A stretch of DNA of 64,000 nucleotides from Gemmatimonadota bacterium. Its GTDB lineage: Bacteria; Gemmatimonadota; Gemmatimonadetes; Longimicrobiales; Gaopeijiaceae. The DNA lies in contig JAHEKM010000001.1 of the NCBI GenBank assembly GCA_024638325.1, positions 18,279-82,278 of the forward strand, read 5' to 3'. Numbering within the stretch: position 1 is the stretch's first letter; each line of letters starts with the position of its first letter. A program made the translations under genes and the position numbers. Under the pieces are notes generated by a model, which saw only the letters and a list, made by a program, of their open reading frames with translations, did not search any database and was not told the origin of the DNA. Of this stretch, positions 20,261 through 28,948 are shown piece after piece.

Positions 20261-21130
20261 ATGGCTGCGCGCGCAATTGGAACGTCGACCATCGCCTTCG
20301 GGCTGGTCTCCCTCCCCGTCAAGATCTACTCGACGAGCGAGTCGTCCCGTAAGGTCTCCTTCAACATGATCTGGAAGGAGCGGGGCGTTCGTGTCCGTCA
20401 GCAGTACATCGACCCGGCGGACGGAGCCGTCGTCCCCAGGGACGAGATCGTGAAGGGGTACGAGTTCGCCAAGGATCAGTACGTGCTCTTCACGCCCGAG
20501 GAGCTCGAGGTCGTCGAGGCGCCCAAGTCCGACGAGATCGAGATCGTGAGCTTTGTCCCCGCCGACACGGTGGGACGCCTGTACTTCAACAAGGCGTACT
20601 ACCTCGGTCCCGACAAAGGCGGCGCTCGCGCCTACCGACTTCTCGGGGCCGCGCTCCGCGAGACCGACCGGGTCGCCATCGCCAAGCACGCCACACGGGG
20701 CAAGCAGTACATCGTCATGATCCGGCCGCACGACGAGGGGCTCCTTATGGAGCAGCTCTACTACGCGGACGAGATCCGGCCTTTCGGCGAGGTGCCGCTC
20801 GAGGACGGTGAGGTAAACGAGGCAGAGCTACAGCTCGCCAAGCAGCTCATCGATCAGGCAGCGTCGGACGCGTTCGATCCGGCTCGGTTCAAGGATGAGG
20901 TCCGCGAGAAGACGCTCGAGCTCATCGAAGCGAAGATCGCCGGGCAGGAGATCACCGCTGCCCCGGCCGAGGAGTCGAAGACCAAGATCATCGACCTGAT
21001 GGCCGCTCTGAAGGCGTCGATCGAAGAGGACGAGAAGGAGCGCAAGCCCGCGTCACGCGCTGGCAAGAAGAGCAAGAGTGCCGACAAGCCCAAGAAGAAG
21101 TCCACGCGCAAGAAAGCCGCGTCGGGCTGA
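20261..21130 (+). CDS. ku: Ku protein (NHEJ DNA-end binding) with a lysine-rich C-terminal tail
   Basis: GTSTIAFGLVSLPVKIYS...VRQQYIDP....VPRDEIVKGYEF...YYLGPDKGG matches Ku. The tail is KKSKSADKPKKKSTRKK. Confidence 0.93.
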   Translation: MAARAIGTSTIAFGLVSLPVKIYSTSESSRKVSFNMIWKERGVRVRQQYIDPADGAVVPRDEIVKGYEFAKDQYVLFTPEELEVVEAPKSDEIEIVSFVPADTVGRLYFNKAYYLGPDKGGARAYRLLGAALRETDRVAIAKHATRGKQYIVMIRPHDEGLLMEQLYYADEIRPFGEVPLEDGEVNEAELQLAKQLIDQAASDAFDPARFKDEVREKTLELIEAKIAGQEITAAPAEESKTKIIDLMAALKASIEEDEKERKPASRAGKKSKSADKPKKKSTRKKAASG

Positions 21131-21146
21131 CCTCTCCGGCGCGGAG

Positions 21147-21992
21147 ATGAAGGGCTTCTCCACCCGGGAAGTCGCCGAGGTTCTCGGCCTTCCGACCTCG
21201 CAGATCCTCTCCTGGGCCAGGAGCGGACTGCTCACGCCCGAGCGGGGACCCAAGGGCGCCTACTTCTTCTCGTTCCAAGACATCGTGTTGCTGCGTGCGG
21301 CCAGGGAGTTGCTCGACTCCGAGGTGCCGGCTCGGCGCGTCCGCGCGGCGCTCGAGTCGCTGCGCAAGCAGCTGCCCGTGGGCCGACCGCTGAGCGCGGT
21401 CCACATCTCCGCAGTGGGCGATCGCGTCCTGGTGAGAGACGAGGACACGGTGTGGGAGCCGGACTCGGGACAGCTCGCCATGGACTTCTCAGTCGCCGAG
21501 GTCGCGCAGCGCGTCGCGCCGCACGCGCGCCGCGTGCTGGCCGCGCAGGCCGGTGCGCCCGACATGTCAGCAGACGACTGGTACGACGCTGCCCTGGACC
21601 TGGAGGCGGTATCGTCCGAGAGCGCCACCGCCGCATATCGCGAAGCGCTGACGCTCGATCCGGAGCACGCCGACGCACACGTGAACCTCGGCCGGCTTCT
21701 CCACGAACAGGGCGCTCTCGCCGAGGCCGAAACGCACTACCGGAAGGCAGCCGCCGCGGACCACGAGTCGGGTCGGGCCCAGTACAACCTCGGGGTCGTC
21801 CTGGAGGATCAGGGGCGCTCGGCCGAAGCGATGGACGCCTACCGCGAGGCCCTGGCCGTGGATGGTGCGCTCGGCGCGGCGCACTTCAACCTGTCACGCC
21901 TGTACGAAGCCGCGGGAGACGAGGCGGCAGCCCTTAGCCATCTGGCGGCGTACAAGAGGCTGCTCGAAGGCGCGCGAGCGGAGGGCGCCTGA
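21147..21992 (+). CDS. MerR-like HTH plus TPR-repeat protein
   Basis: N-terminal FSTREVAEVLGLPTSQILSWARSGLL (MerR/HTH_17-like) and C-terminal TPRs (AEAETHYRKAAAAD, AEAMDAYREALAVD). The ATG lies 17 nt after the ku stop. Confidence 0.7.
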   Translation: MKGFSTREVAEVLGLPTSQILSWARSGLLTPERGPKGAYFFSFQDIVLLRAARELLDSEVPARRVRAALESLRKQLPVGRPLSAVHISAVGDRVLVRDEDTVWEPDSGQLAMDFSVAEVAQRVAPHARRVLAAQAGAPDMSADDWYDAALDLEAVSSESATAAYREALTLDPEHADAHVNLGRLLHEQGALAEAETHYRKAAAADHESGRAQYNLGVVLEDQGRSAEAMDAYREALAVDGALGAAHFNLSRLYEAAGDEAAALSHLAAYKRLLEGARAEGA

Positions 21993-22024
21993 GCGAGCGG
22001 CGTACCGTGACCCCGTCGACTTCC

Positions 22025-22537
22025 CTAGATCTCCGACCTCACCCGCCTGGCCGCCATGACCTTGTCGGCCGGCCCCAGGTGGCCCAACCGCTTGAGCTGC
22101 GCTCCGAGCGCTCCCATGTGGTACCCCTCGTGCCAGGCGTAGAACACGACTTGGTCACGCAGGGTGCGCTCCTCGCGGACCCCCACCGCCGGACGCTCGA
22201 AGAACGCGTCGCTCTTCGACGTCAGGACCTGGGCGAAGTCCTCGGCGACACGGTCCCACGCCGAGGCGAGCTGTGCCACGGTAGGGTAGTCGCTGCCATC
22301 GGTGGCCTCCGCCTCGGCGAACTGGGCCTCCCAGGGATTCTCGCGCTCGGCCCCCAGCAACCCCATGACATGATGCCGGTAGTGGAGAAGGTGACCCACG
22401 ATCCAGGCGATGGACGGGCCCTCGTCGACGCGAGCCCGCATGCGGGCGTCCTCGTCGGACAAGTCCTCCAGCACGAGCGGAACGAGATAGTCGGTCATGC
22501 CGAACGTGCCCATCAGGGTCTCGGCCGTACTCGGCAT
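22025..22537 (-). CDS. DinB-family (four-helix bundle, metal-binding) protein
   Basis: IAWIVGHLLHYRH ... FYAWHEGYHMG gives the His triad typical of DinB/YfiT-like proteins. Confidence 0.7.
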   Translation of the reverse strand: MPSTAETLMGTFGMTDYLVPLVLEDLSDEDARMRARVDEGPSIAWIVGHLLHYRHHVMGLLGAERENPWEAQFAEAEATDGSDYPTVAQLASAWDRVAEDFAQVLTSKSDAFFERPAVGVREERTLRDQVVFYAWHEGYHMGALGAQLKRLGHLGPADKVMAARRVRSEI

Positions 22538-22563
22538 GCTAAGACCGTGCGCCCATCACCCGC

Positions 22564-24096
22564 TCAGTCCGCTGCCGCGGCGGCTCCGGTCCTCTCGAGC
22601 CCTGCCCAGCGTTTGACGATCGGTGCCAGCACCAGTGCGACGATCGCCGCCGCGGTTGTCGTGAGCGCGACGCTGCGGAACAGCGCCGAGGGCTCCATCG
22701 ACTCGAGCCGCCCCCCGACCAGGCCCGCGAACAGGTTTCCGAGCGCGGCGCCCACGAACCAGATCCCCATCATCTGACCCACGCGGTTCCTCGGCGACAG
22801 CTTAGTGATCGCGGACAGGCCGATGGGCGAGATGCAGAGCTCACCCACCGTGAATAGGAAGTACGTCACGACCAACCACGCCGGTGAGACGAGCGTGTCG
22901 GTCGACGCGTTCGCGGCGCCCCAGGCGAGCACGAAGAAGCCGACCGCCAACCCGGTGAGGCCGAGCCCGGCCTTCATGGGAATCGACGGATCGGCGTTGC
23001 GTTGCTCGAGCCAGACCCAGAGCGAGCCGAACGCGGGTGCCATCAGGATGATCCAGATCGGATTCACCGACTGCAGCCACGACGCCGGCCACTCGCGCCC
23101 CATGAAGGTCCGGTCGGTCAGGTCACGGGCGAAGATGTTCATCGAGGTCCCAGCCTGCTCGAACCCCGACCAGAAGATCGCGATGAGGATGAAGAGCCAG
23201 AAGATGACGAACATCTTCTTGTTCTCTTCCGCAGTGTGGCCGCCGAAGGTCCACACGTACACGAAGTAGAGCGCGACGATAATGAGGACCGCGTAGCCCA
23301 TGACGGTCGCGATCTGCGTAAGCGTGTACGGGAAGACGCCGACGGAGACCAGGTAGCCGAACGCGACGACCGCCGCGACGACGGCGAAGAACCCGCCGAA
23401 GAACTTCTTCGACTTCGAGGCCAACTGTTCCGGCGTGTCGTCCGTCTCGAGAAGCCCGATGTCTCCCAGATGGCTCATACCGGCCCGGTACTGGAGCAGC
23501 CCTATGACCATGCCGACGCCCGCGGCTCCGAAGCCCCAATGCCAGTTGTTACCCTCGCCCAGATAGCCCGTGATCATGGGCCCGAGGAACGCGCCGAGGT
23601 TGATGCCCATGTAGAAGACGGAGAAGCCCGCGTCCCGCCGCGCCCCGCCCTCGGGATACAGCTCGCCGACGACAGTGCTGATGTTCGGCTTCAAGAGCCC
23701 CGTACCGCAGGTGATGAAGACCATGCCCAGGAAGAAGGCGAACGTGCTGGGCACGGCCATGGTGAAGTGGCCCAGCGCGATGATCCACCCACCGACCCAC
23801 ACCGCCTTGCGCTGCCCCCACAGGTTGTCCGCGACCCAGCCACCAGGGAGGGTCAGGATGTATACCAGCGCCGTGTAGAGGCCGTAGATCGCACCCGCAG
23901 TGGCCACATCCAGCCCGAGGCCGGGGTTCGCCCCGATCGTCTCGGTTGTCATGTAGAGCGTGAGCAGCGCCCTCATGCCGTAGTACGAGAAGCGCTCCCA
24001 CATCTCCGTGAAGAAGAGCGTGGCGAGGCCACGCGGGTGACCGAAGAAGGTCCCCCCGGTGGGTTGGCTGGTCTCGGATTGGGCGGTGGTCGTCAC
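22564..24096 (-). CDS. proton-dependent oligopeptide transporter (POT/PTR2 family)
   Basis: FFGHPRGLATLFFTEMWERFSYYGMRALL and GGWVADNLWGQRKAV are PTR2 signatures. The protein is multi-TM. Confidence 0.92.
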   Translation of the reverse strand: MTTTAQSETSQPTGGTFFGHPRGLATLFFTEMWERFSYYGMRALLTLYMTTETIGANPGLGLDVATAGAIYGLYTALVYILTLPGGWVADNLWGQRKAVWVGGWIIALGHFTMAVPSTFAFFLGMVFITCGTGLLKPNISTVVGELYPEGGARRDAGFSVFYMGINLGAFLGPMITGYLGEGNNWHWGFGAAGVGMVIGLLQYRAGMSHLGDIGLLETDDTPEQLASKSKKFFGGFFAVVAAVVAFGYLVSVGVFPYTLTQIATVMGYAVLIIVALYFVYVWTFGGHTAEENKKMFVIFWLFILIAIFWSGFEQAGTSMNIFARDLTDRTFMGREWPASWLQSVNPIWIILMAPAFGSLWVWLEQRNADPSIPMKAGLGLTGLAVGFFVLAWGAANASTDTLVSPAWLVVTYFLFTVGELCISPIGLSAITKLSPRNRVGQMMGIWFVGAALGNLFAGLVGGRLESMEPSALFRSVALTTTAAAIVALVLAPIVKRWAGLERTGAAAAAD

Positions 24097-24221
24097 GGTC
24101 GGATCGGCCTCCTGTCAGACGTCGCGCACCTCGTGGAGATACGGGCCCTCACGACCCGTATGTCGGGTATTACGGCCCCCCGCGCAAGTCGATGACGGGC
24201 CGCCGGCAAGCGTGGTTTGGC

Positions 24222-26717
24222 CTACTGTCCGCTGGTCTCCCACGCGTAGTCGAGCTGTTGGAGCCGAGCGGGCGATCCCTCGAAGAGCCCCTCGGGATAC
24301 GTGCGATATCGGGCCAGGTCGCGGTAGATCCGGTCGGCTTCGTAGAGGTTCGAGCCGAGGCCAGCCAGGTACTGGAGCCGGAGGTTCCGGTCCCGGTTGA
24401 TTTGCGCGTCCTCCAGCCACGGGTCGAGCTCGGGCCTCTTGGCCGCGAAGGTCGCCATCAACTGGGCGGCGGAGTAGAAGCCGACCTCGGCCAGCGAGCG
24501 CACCACCGGGTCGAACTCCGGTCGCTCGAGCTTCTCGTCGATGGCATCCAGGTCGATGGGGCCCGGGCTCTGCTGCGCCAGCAGGACCACGTCGTAGCCC
24601 CGACCGTACGCGAGGTTCGCGAACACCATCCCGTCGGGGAACACCTCGAGGAACGTGGCGACCTCGCTCTTCACCGCGTCGAGCGTGCTCTCGTAGAGCT
24701 GCACGAAGACGGTGACGACTCCGCCGGGGTTGAGATGCTCCTGCACCTCCTCCCAGAACTCGACCGTGTAGAGCGTCGCCGCGCCCTTAACCCACGGATC
24801 GAACGGATCGGAGGTGATCGCGTCGAACTTCCGGTCGGTGGTGAGGAGGTAGTGGCGCGCGTCGTCGATGACGACCTGGGTCTTGGGGTTGTCGACGACG
24901 TCGAAGTTGTGCTCGCCGAACTCGCGCGAGACCACCTCGGGCACGAGTGGCTCGATCTCGACGATGGTGAGGGAGTCCACAGTGGGGTCGATGCTCACCG
25001 CCCCGGCGGTCACGCCCGCGCCGCACCCGATCACCATCACCGACCGTGCCTGCGCAGGAAGGAGGGTCGTGAGGTGGCCGAGCATCCTCTGCAGTCTCAT
25101 GTCCTGCGGCTCACTCGAGGCTTGCACCTTACCCGCATTGTGGTAGTTGCGGTCGCCGTTGGCGAGCTCCGAGACCGCCATCGACGAATTCATGCCTTCG
25201 CCGACGTAGACGAAGTCGATGTAGTCGGCCCCCTGGTACGTCGGTGCGTAGCGGCCGTATCCGACGAGCAGAGCGGGCACACGCGGTATCGTGCTGCCGA
25301 ACAACGCCGCTGCCAGCACCACCACCAGGACGCGGGCGACGCTCCGGCCCCCGAGGGCGATCCGTCCCTGTTCGCGATCCCACGTGACGGCGAGCATGAG
25401 GAGCGCCGATACGGCCGCGAGGGCGATCATGACCCGCTGTGTGGTCTGCGTCCCGACCCAGCCGATCAGGACGATGCTCGACAGAACTGCGCCGAAGATC
25501 GCGCCGACTGTATTCGCGGCGTATACGCGGCCAACGAGACGACCAGGGTCCTGACCCTTCTCGGCGACCGCGGCGAGCGCGAGCGGAAAGCTCGCCCCCC
25601 AAAGCGCGGCGGCGGGAAACGCGATCAGCACCGCTCGGAAGAAGTCGAACTGGAAGTTGTACCACGGGTTGAACGCGATGGACGGGTTCACGGGCCACTT
25701 CGGCAGCGCATCGAGAAGGAGGTACGCTGCCCAAGCCAGACCGGCTACCACGAGGAGCTGCGCCCAGCCCAGGGCCCTTCGAGGATCTCTCGTGTGCCGG
25801 GCCATGAAGGACCCGACGCTGCTTCCCACACCGATGCCGAAGAGGAACGACGCGAGAATCAGCGAGAACGTGTACGTCGTCCCGCCGAAATTCAGTGACA
25901 TGAGCCGCGTCCACACGACCTCGGCGCCGAGCGCAGTCGCGCCCGAGAGCCCAATTGCGACGAGAACCAGACCCGCTCCCGGCGCCATCCGAACCGGCTC
26001 GGCGCCGTCCGCGGCCTGGTCTGTTCGGTCATAGGCAACGAATCGGGACAGCACGTAGCCCGCGGCCGCGACCGCCAGGTTGAGGAGAACGGCCGCGTAC
26101 GTGGCGACGGCCACGTCGTGCACACGCAGCAGGTAGAAGCCGGCGGCCAGGCAGCCGAGGACGGCCCCGAAGGTGTTGCCCCCGTAGAAGAAGCCGAGCC
26201 AGGAAACGCCCTTCGGCGTGGTCTCCACCCAACGCGAGATGGCGGGTAGCGTGGCCCCCATCATGATGGTGGGCGGCAGGAGAAACAGCGCGCAGAAGAC
26301 CGCTCGCACCACGATGCCGCTCATGCCCGGCCCACCGATGGACGTATAGAGTCCGCCCACGTAGGGAAGCAGCCAGAGCACCAGGAGCCCGAAGAGCCCG
26401 ATCCCCGCCTCGAGCACCGCGTACACCACGAGCGGGTGGCGGGCCGACGAGACGTACCGGGAAAGGCCGAGGCTCCCGATGCACATCCCCCCCATGAACG
26501 TCGCCAGCAGCACACCGAGCGAGATGGCCGAGGAGCCGACGATCAGCGAGAGCAGCTGGAACCAGACGATCTCGTATATGAGCGCAGCACAGCCGCTGGC
26601 CACGAACAGCAGGACGAGCCCCGGCAGGTACCGATCGGCGGGGGAGGCTGCCGTCGGAGTCGGCGTCGCTGCGGTGGTCATGGGCACCTTTCGGGGTGTC
26701 GGGGCGGAACGCGGCAC
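24222..26717 (-). CDS. fused polytopic membrane / spermidine-synthase-like protein
   Basis: About 480 aa of TM helices are followed by VMVIGCGAGVTAG...VEIEPLV...DDARHYL...DAITSDPFDPW (spermidine synthase / SAM-MTase fold). An alternative start lies at 26681. Confidence 0.85.
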   Translation of the reverse strand: MPRSAPTPRKVPMTTAATPTPTAASPADRYLPGLVLLFVASGCAALIYEIVWFQLLSLIVGSSAISLGVLLATFMGGMCIGSLGLSRYVSSARHPLVVYAVLEAGIGLFGLLVLWLLPYVGGLYTSIGGPGMSGIVVRAVFCALFLLPPTIMMGATLPAISRWVETTPKGVSWLGFFYGGNTFGAVLGCLAAGFYLLRVHDVAVATYAAVLLNLAVAAAGYVLSRFVAYDRTDQAADGAEPVRMAPGAGLVLVAIGLSGATALGAEVVWTRLMSLNFGGTTYTFSLILASFLFGIGVGSSVGSFMARHTRDPRRALGWAQLLVVAGLAWAAYLLLDALPKWPVNPSIAFNPWYNFQFDFFRAVLIAFPAAALWGASFPLALAAVAEKGQDPGRLVGRVYAANTVGAIFGAVLSSIVLIGWVGTQTTQRVMIALAAVSALLMLAVTWDREQGRIALGGRSVARVLVVVLAAALFGSTIPRVPALLVGYGRYAPTYQGADYIDFVYVGEGMNSSMAVSELANGDRNYHNAGKVQASSEPQDMRLQRMLGHLTTLLPAQARSVMVIGCGAGVTAGAVSIDPTVDSLTIVEIEPLVPEVVSREFGEHNFDVVDNPKTQVVIDDARHYLLTTDRKFDAITSDPFDPWVKGAATLYTVEFWEEVQEHLNPGGVVTVFVQLYESTLDAVKSEVATFLEVFPDGMVFANLAYGRGYDVVLLAQQSPGPIDLDAIDEKLERPEFDPVVRSLAEVGFYSAAQLMATFAAKRPELDPWLEDAQINRDRNLRLQYLAGLGSNLYEADRIYRDLARYRTYPEGLFEGSPARLQQLDYAWETSGQ

Positions 26718-26811
26718 AAAGCGGGGCGGCGTCCCGTAAGGGTGTGGGTGGACATCCCGCCAAGAGTCGCCTTCAATTGAGCGCGCCCCCCTACGCTACG
26801 CGAGAGGTCCG

Positions 26812-26991
26812 ATGAGTGACGTCATCGAGTATCTGATGGCCAACCCGATCTTCCTCGCGCCCATCCTCTTGATGGTCGCGATGACGCTTTACGCGGCCAT
26901 CAAGAAGCTGCTGAAGATGGCTGCGATCGTGGTGATCGCCGGCAGTCTCTACCTCCTGATGGTCGAGTACTTCGGGGGCGGGCTGTCCTGA
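26812..26991 (+). CDS. 59-aa two-TM small membrane protein, not in the supplied ORF track
   Basis: My manual translation is MSDVIEYLMANPIFLAPILLMVAMTLYAAIKKLLKMAAIVVIAGSLYLLMVEYFGGGLS*. It fills an otherwise empty 344-bp gap and shows a GC3 bias. Confidence 0.45.
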   Translation: MSDVIEYLMANPIFLAPILLMVAMTLYAAIKKLLKMAAIVVIAGSLYLLMVEYFGGGLS

Positions 26992-27061
26992 CTTCGCCTA
27001 GGGCCATCAAGAGACCCGCGAGGTCAGGGAAACGCTGCCGACGAGCTCCCGCCCGTACTGC

Positions 27062-27871
27062 CTAGAAGGGCAGCACCCGGGTGATGTTGAAGCCGAGGCG
27101 CAGCTCGTCCGGCTCGAAGGCGACCGGTGCTCCCGCGAGGAACTGCGTCGGGTTGATCCGGGACTGGTTCGTCACCAGGAGCTTGAAGAAGTGCCCCCTC
27201 GTCTCGGCCTCGAACCCGAAGGTTCCAGCATCGCGACCGATGTCGGTGCGCTCCTCGGCGATCAACCACTCGCCGAACAGGCTCAAGGAGTCGGTCATGT
27301 AGAGCTGGCCCGCGAGCCCCAGCGACCACCCGTTCTCGGTATCGAAGTCGAGAATGCGCGGGTTACGCAGGTACGTCGGCACCACCGCGAGCGCGAGCTT
27401 GCCACCCACCATCGTGTTGAGAATCAGCTGCCCGTAGGCCTGCGCCTCGTTGTCCTCGCCGCCGTTCGTCGGCACCTCGAAGACCTCGGTGTTCCACGCG
27501 ACACCGCCCTTGACCGCGACTTCGACCGGTAGCCCACCGAGGCTACCCTCGAAGAGCCCCAACGCGGCGTTGAGCTCGAGGTTGTCTTGGAAGTTGGTCC
27601 GGAGGACGCCGACGGTCAGGGCGTCCGTCACGGAGTACGACAACCCGAGTCGTATGGCCGCCGGTCCATCCACGCCCCAGAGTGCCTGGCTACCCTGCGA
27701 CACCGGGGTGTCGAAGCGGTGCGAGATCTCGAACAGCCACGTGCCGGACAGCATCGTCTCGGCCGTGGGCAGGTTCGCGACCTGGACCGAGTGAAAGACC
27801 TCCTGGGCGCTCGCTCGGGCCGGCGCAGCGACGAGCATCGCTACGCCGACCCAAAGGAGGGTGCGGGTCAT
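27062..27871 (-). CDS. outer-membrane beta-barrel protein (DUF5777-like)
   Basis: Signal peptide ending ARASAQE, alternating beta-strand pattern and C-terminal ...ITRVLPF. The DUF name is from memory. Confidence 0.55.
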   Translation of the reverse strand: MTRTLLWVGVAMLVAAPARASAQEVFHSVQVANLPTAETMLSGTWLFEISHRFDTPVSQGSQALWGVDGPAAIRLGLSYSVTDALTVGVLRTNFQDNLELNAALGLFEGSLGGLPVEVAVKGGVAWNTEVFEVPTNGGEDNEAQAYGQLILNTMVGGKLALAVVPTYLRNPRILDFDTENGWSLGLAGQLYMTDSLSLFGEWLIAEERTDIGRDAGTFGFEAETRGHFFKLLVTNQSRINPTQFLAGAPVAFEPDELRLGFNITRVLPF

Positions 27872-27875
27872 GGTC

Positions 27876-28268
27876 CTACTGGACCCGAACGGTTCCGGTC
27901 ATGCCGGAGTGCAACGTGCACTGGTACGTGTAGTCGCCGGTCGCAGACGGCATCGTCGACGTATGGGCGCCGCTGCTCTGATTGGGGATGTCCGTGATCG
28001 TAGCATCGGCGAAGGTCACGTTGTGCGTGAACGCGCCGGTCGCCCAGGTCCACGTCACCGTGGCGCCCGGTGATACCTGAATGAACTCCGGAGTGAACTG
28101 GTTGTTGCTGACCGCCACGTTGGTCGTCACGGTGGGGGTCCCACCGCCGCCACCGCCGCCGCCGCCGCCGCCGGGATCGGTGGGGCTGTCGTCGCCACAC
28201 GCGGTGACCGCGGCAAAGAGAAACGCCGCCATCACGGTGGTCCTGCGGCTCACATTGGATCGTCTCAT
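27876..28268 (-). CDS. cupredoxin (type-1 copper, amicyanin/plastocyanin-like) lipoprotein with a Gly11 linker
   Basis: Lipobox AAVTAC followed by a G11 linker. Candidate Cu ligands are His (FTHNV) and C-TL-H-SG-M (YQCTLHSGM). Confidence 0.8.
   Translation of the reverse strand: MRRSNVSRRTTVMAAFLFAAVTACGDDSPTDPGGGGGGGGGGGTPTVTTNVAVSNNQFTPEFIQVSPGATVTWTWATGAFTHNVTFADATITDIPNQSSGAHTSTMPSATGDYTYQCTLHSGMTGTVRVQ
28141..28173. repeat. imperfect (CCG/GGC)n trinucleotide tract encoding the Gly11 linker
   Basis: The sequence is ccaccgccgccaccgccgccgccgccgccgccg, with 7 consecutive perfect CCG units. Confidence 0.9.
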
Positions 28269-28392
28269 CTCGTCCCCCCGTTCGACTGTGGATTGGCCTT
28301 TCGATGTTCGGTGAACATCTCAAGCTTGAGTCAAATCATATGACGATCGAACCGGCTCGGCCAACACACCTGGGGCCGTCGGCGGCTCTTGG

Positions 28393-28821
28393 TCATGGCG
28401 CGGCGCCTCCGGTCACGACGAAGCGGTAGCACCACGTCTCACCCTCGAGCAGGATCTCGCCGTCCGCCTCGCGCACGACCTTCATACGTAGGTGGCAGAC
28501 CGGCTTGGACTCGTGGACCGAGAGAACCTCGGCGGACCCGGTGATCGTGTCACCAATGTAGGTCGGGGCCGAGAACTTCCAGTCCTGGCTCAGGAAAACG
28601 GTGCCCGGACCTGGCATGTCCATGGCGACGAGCGCGTGCAACAGGCCGGTCGTCAGTCCCCCCTGCGCCACGAGGCGTCCGAAGCGGGTCTTCGCCGCGA
28701 ACTCCTCGTCGAAATGGAGCGGGTTGTAGTCGCCCGTCATGTCCGCGTACGCGCGGACGTGTCCGGCGCTGACCGTCATGGTGCGAGAAGCGGTCTGGCC
28801 GACCTTCAGGTCCAGCGTCAT
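28393..28821 (-). CDS. MaoC-like (R)-specific enoyl-CoA hydratase, hot-dog fold
   Basis: YADMTGDYNPLHFDEEFAAKTRFGRLVAQGGL is the MaoC dehydratase signature. Confidence 0.85.
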   Translation of the reverse strand: MTLDLKVGQTASRTMTVSAGHVRAYADMTGDYNPLHFDEEFAAKTRFGRLVAQGGLTTGLLHALVAMDMPGPGTVFLSQDWKFSAPTYIGDTITGSAEVLSVHESKPVCHLRMKVVREADGEILLEGETWCYRFVVTGGAAP

Positions 28822-28948
28822 TCGTCGTCACCCTCCTTCGTGTGATTTCTCCTACGCCGGCTTGCCGCGCCGGCGGCGAACTCGGCATCTTCGCGGTCCC
28901 GAAAGCCGAGCACCAGCGCCTTGGGCGCGATAACAGCGGTGACGTGAC

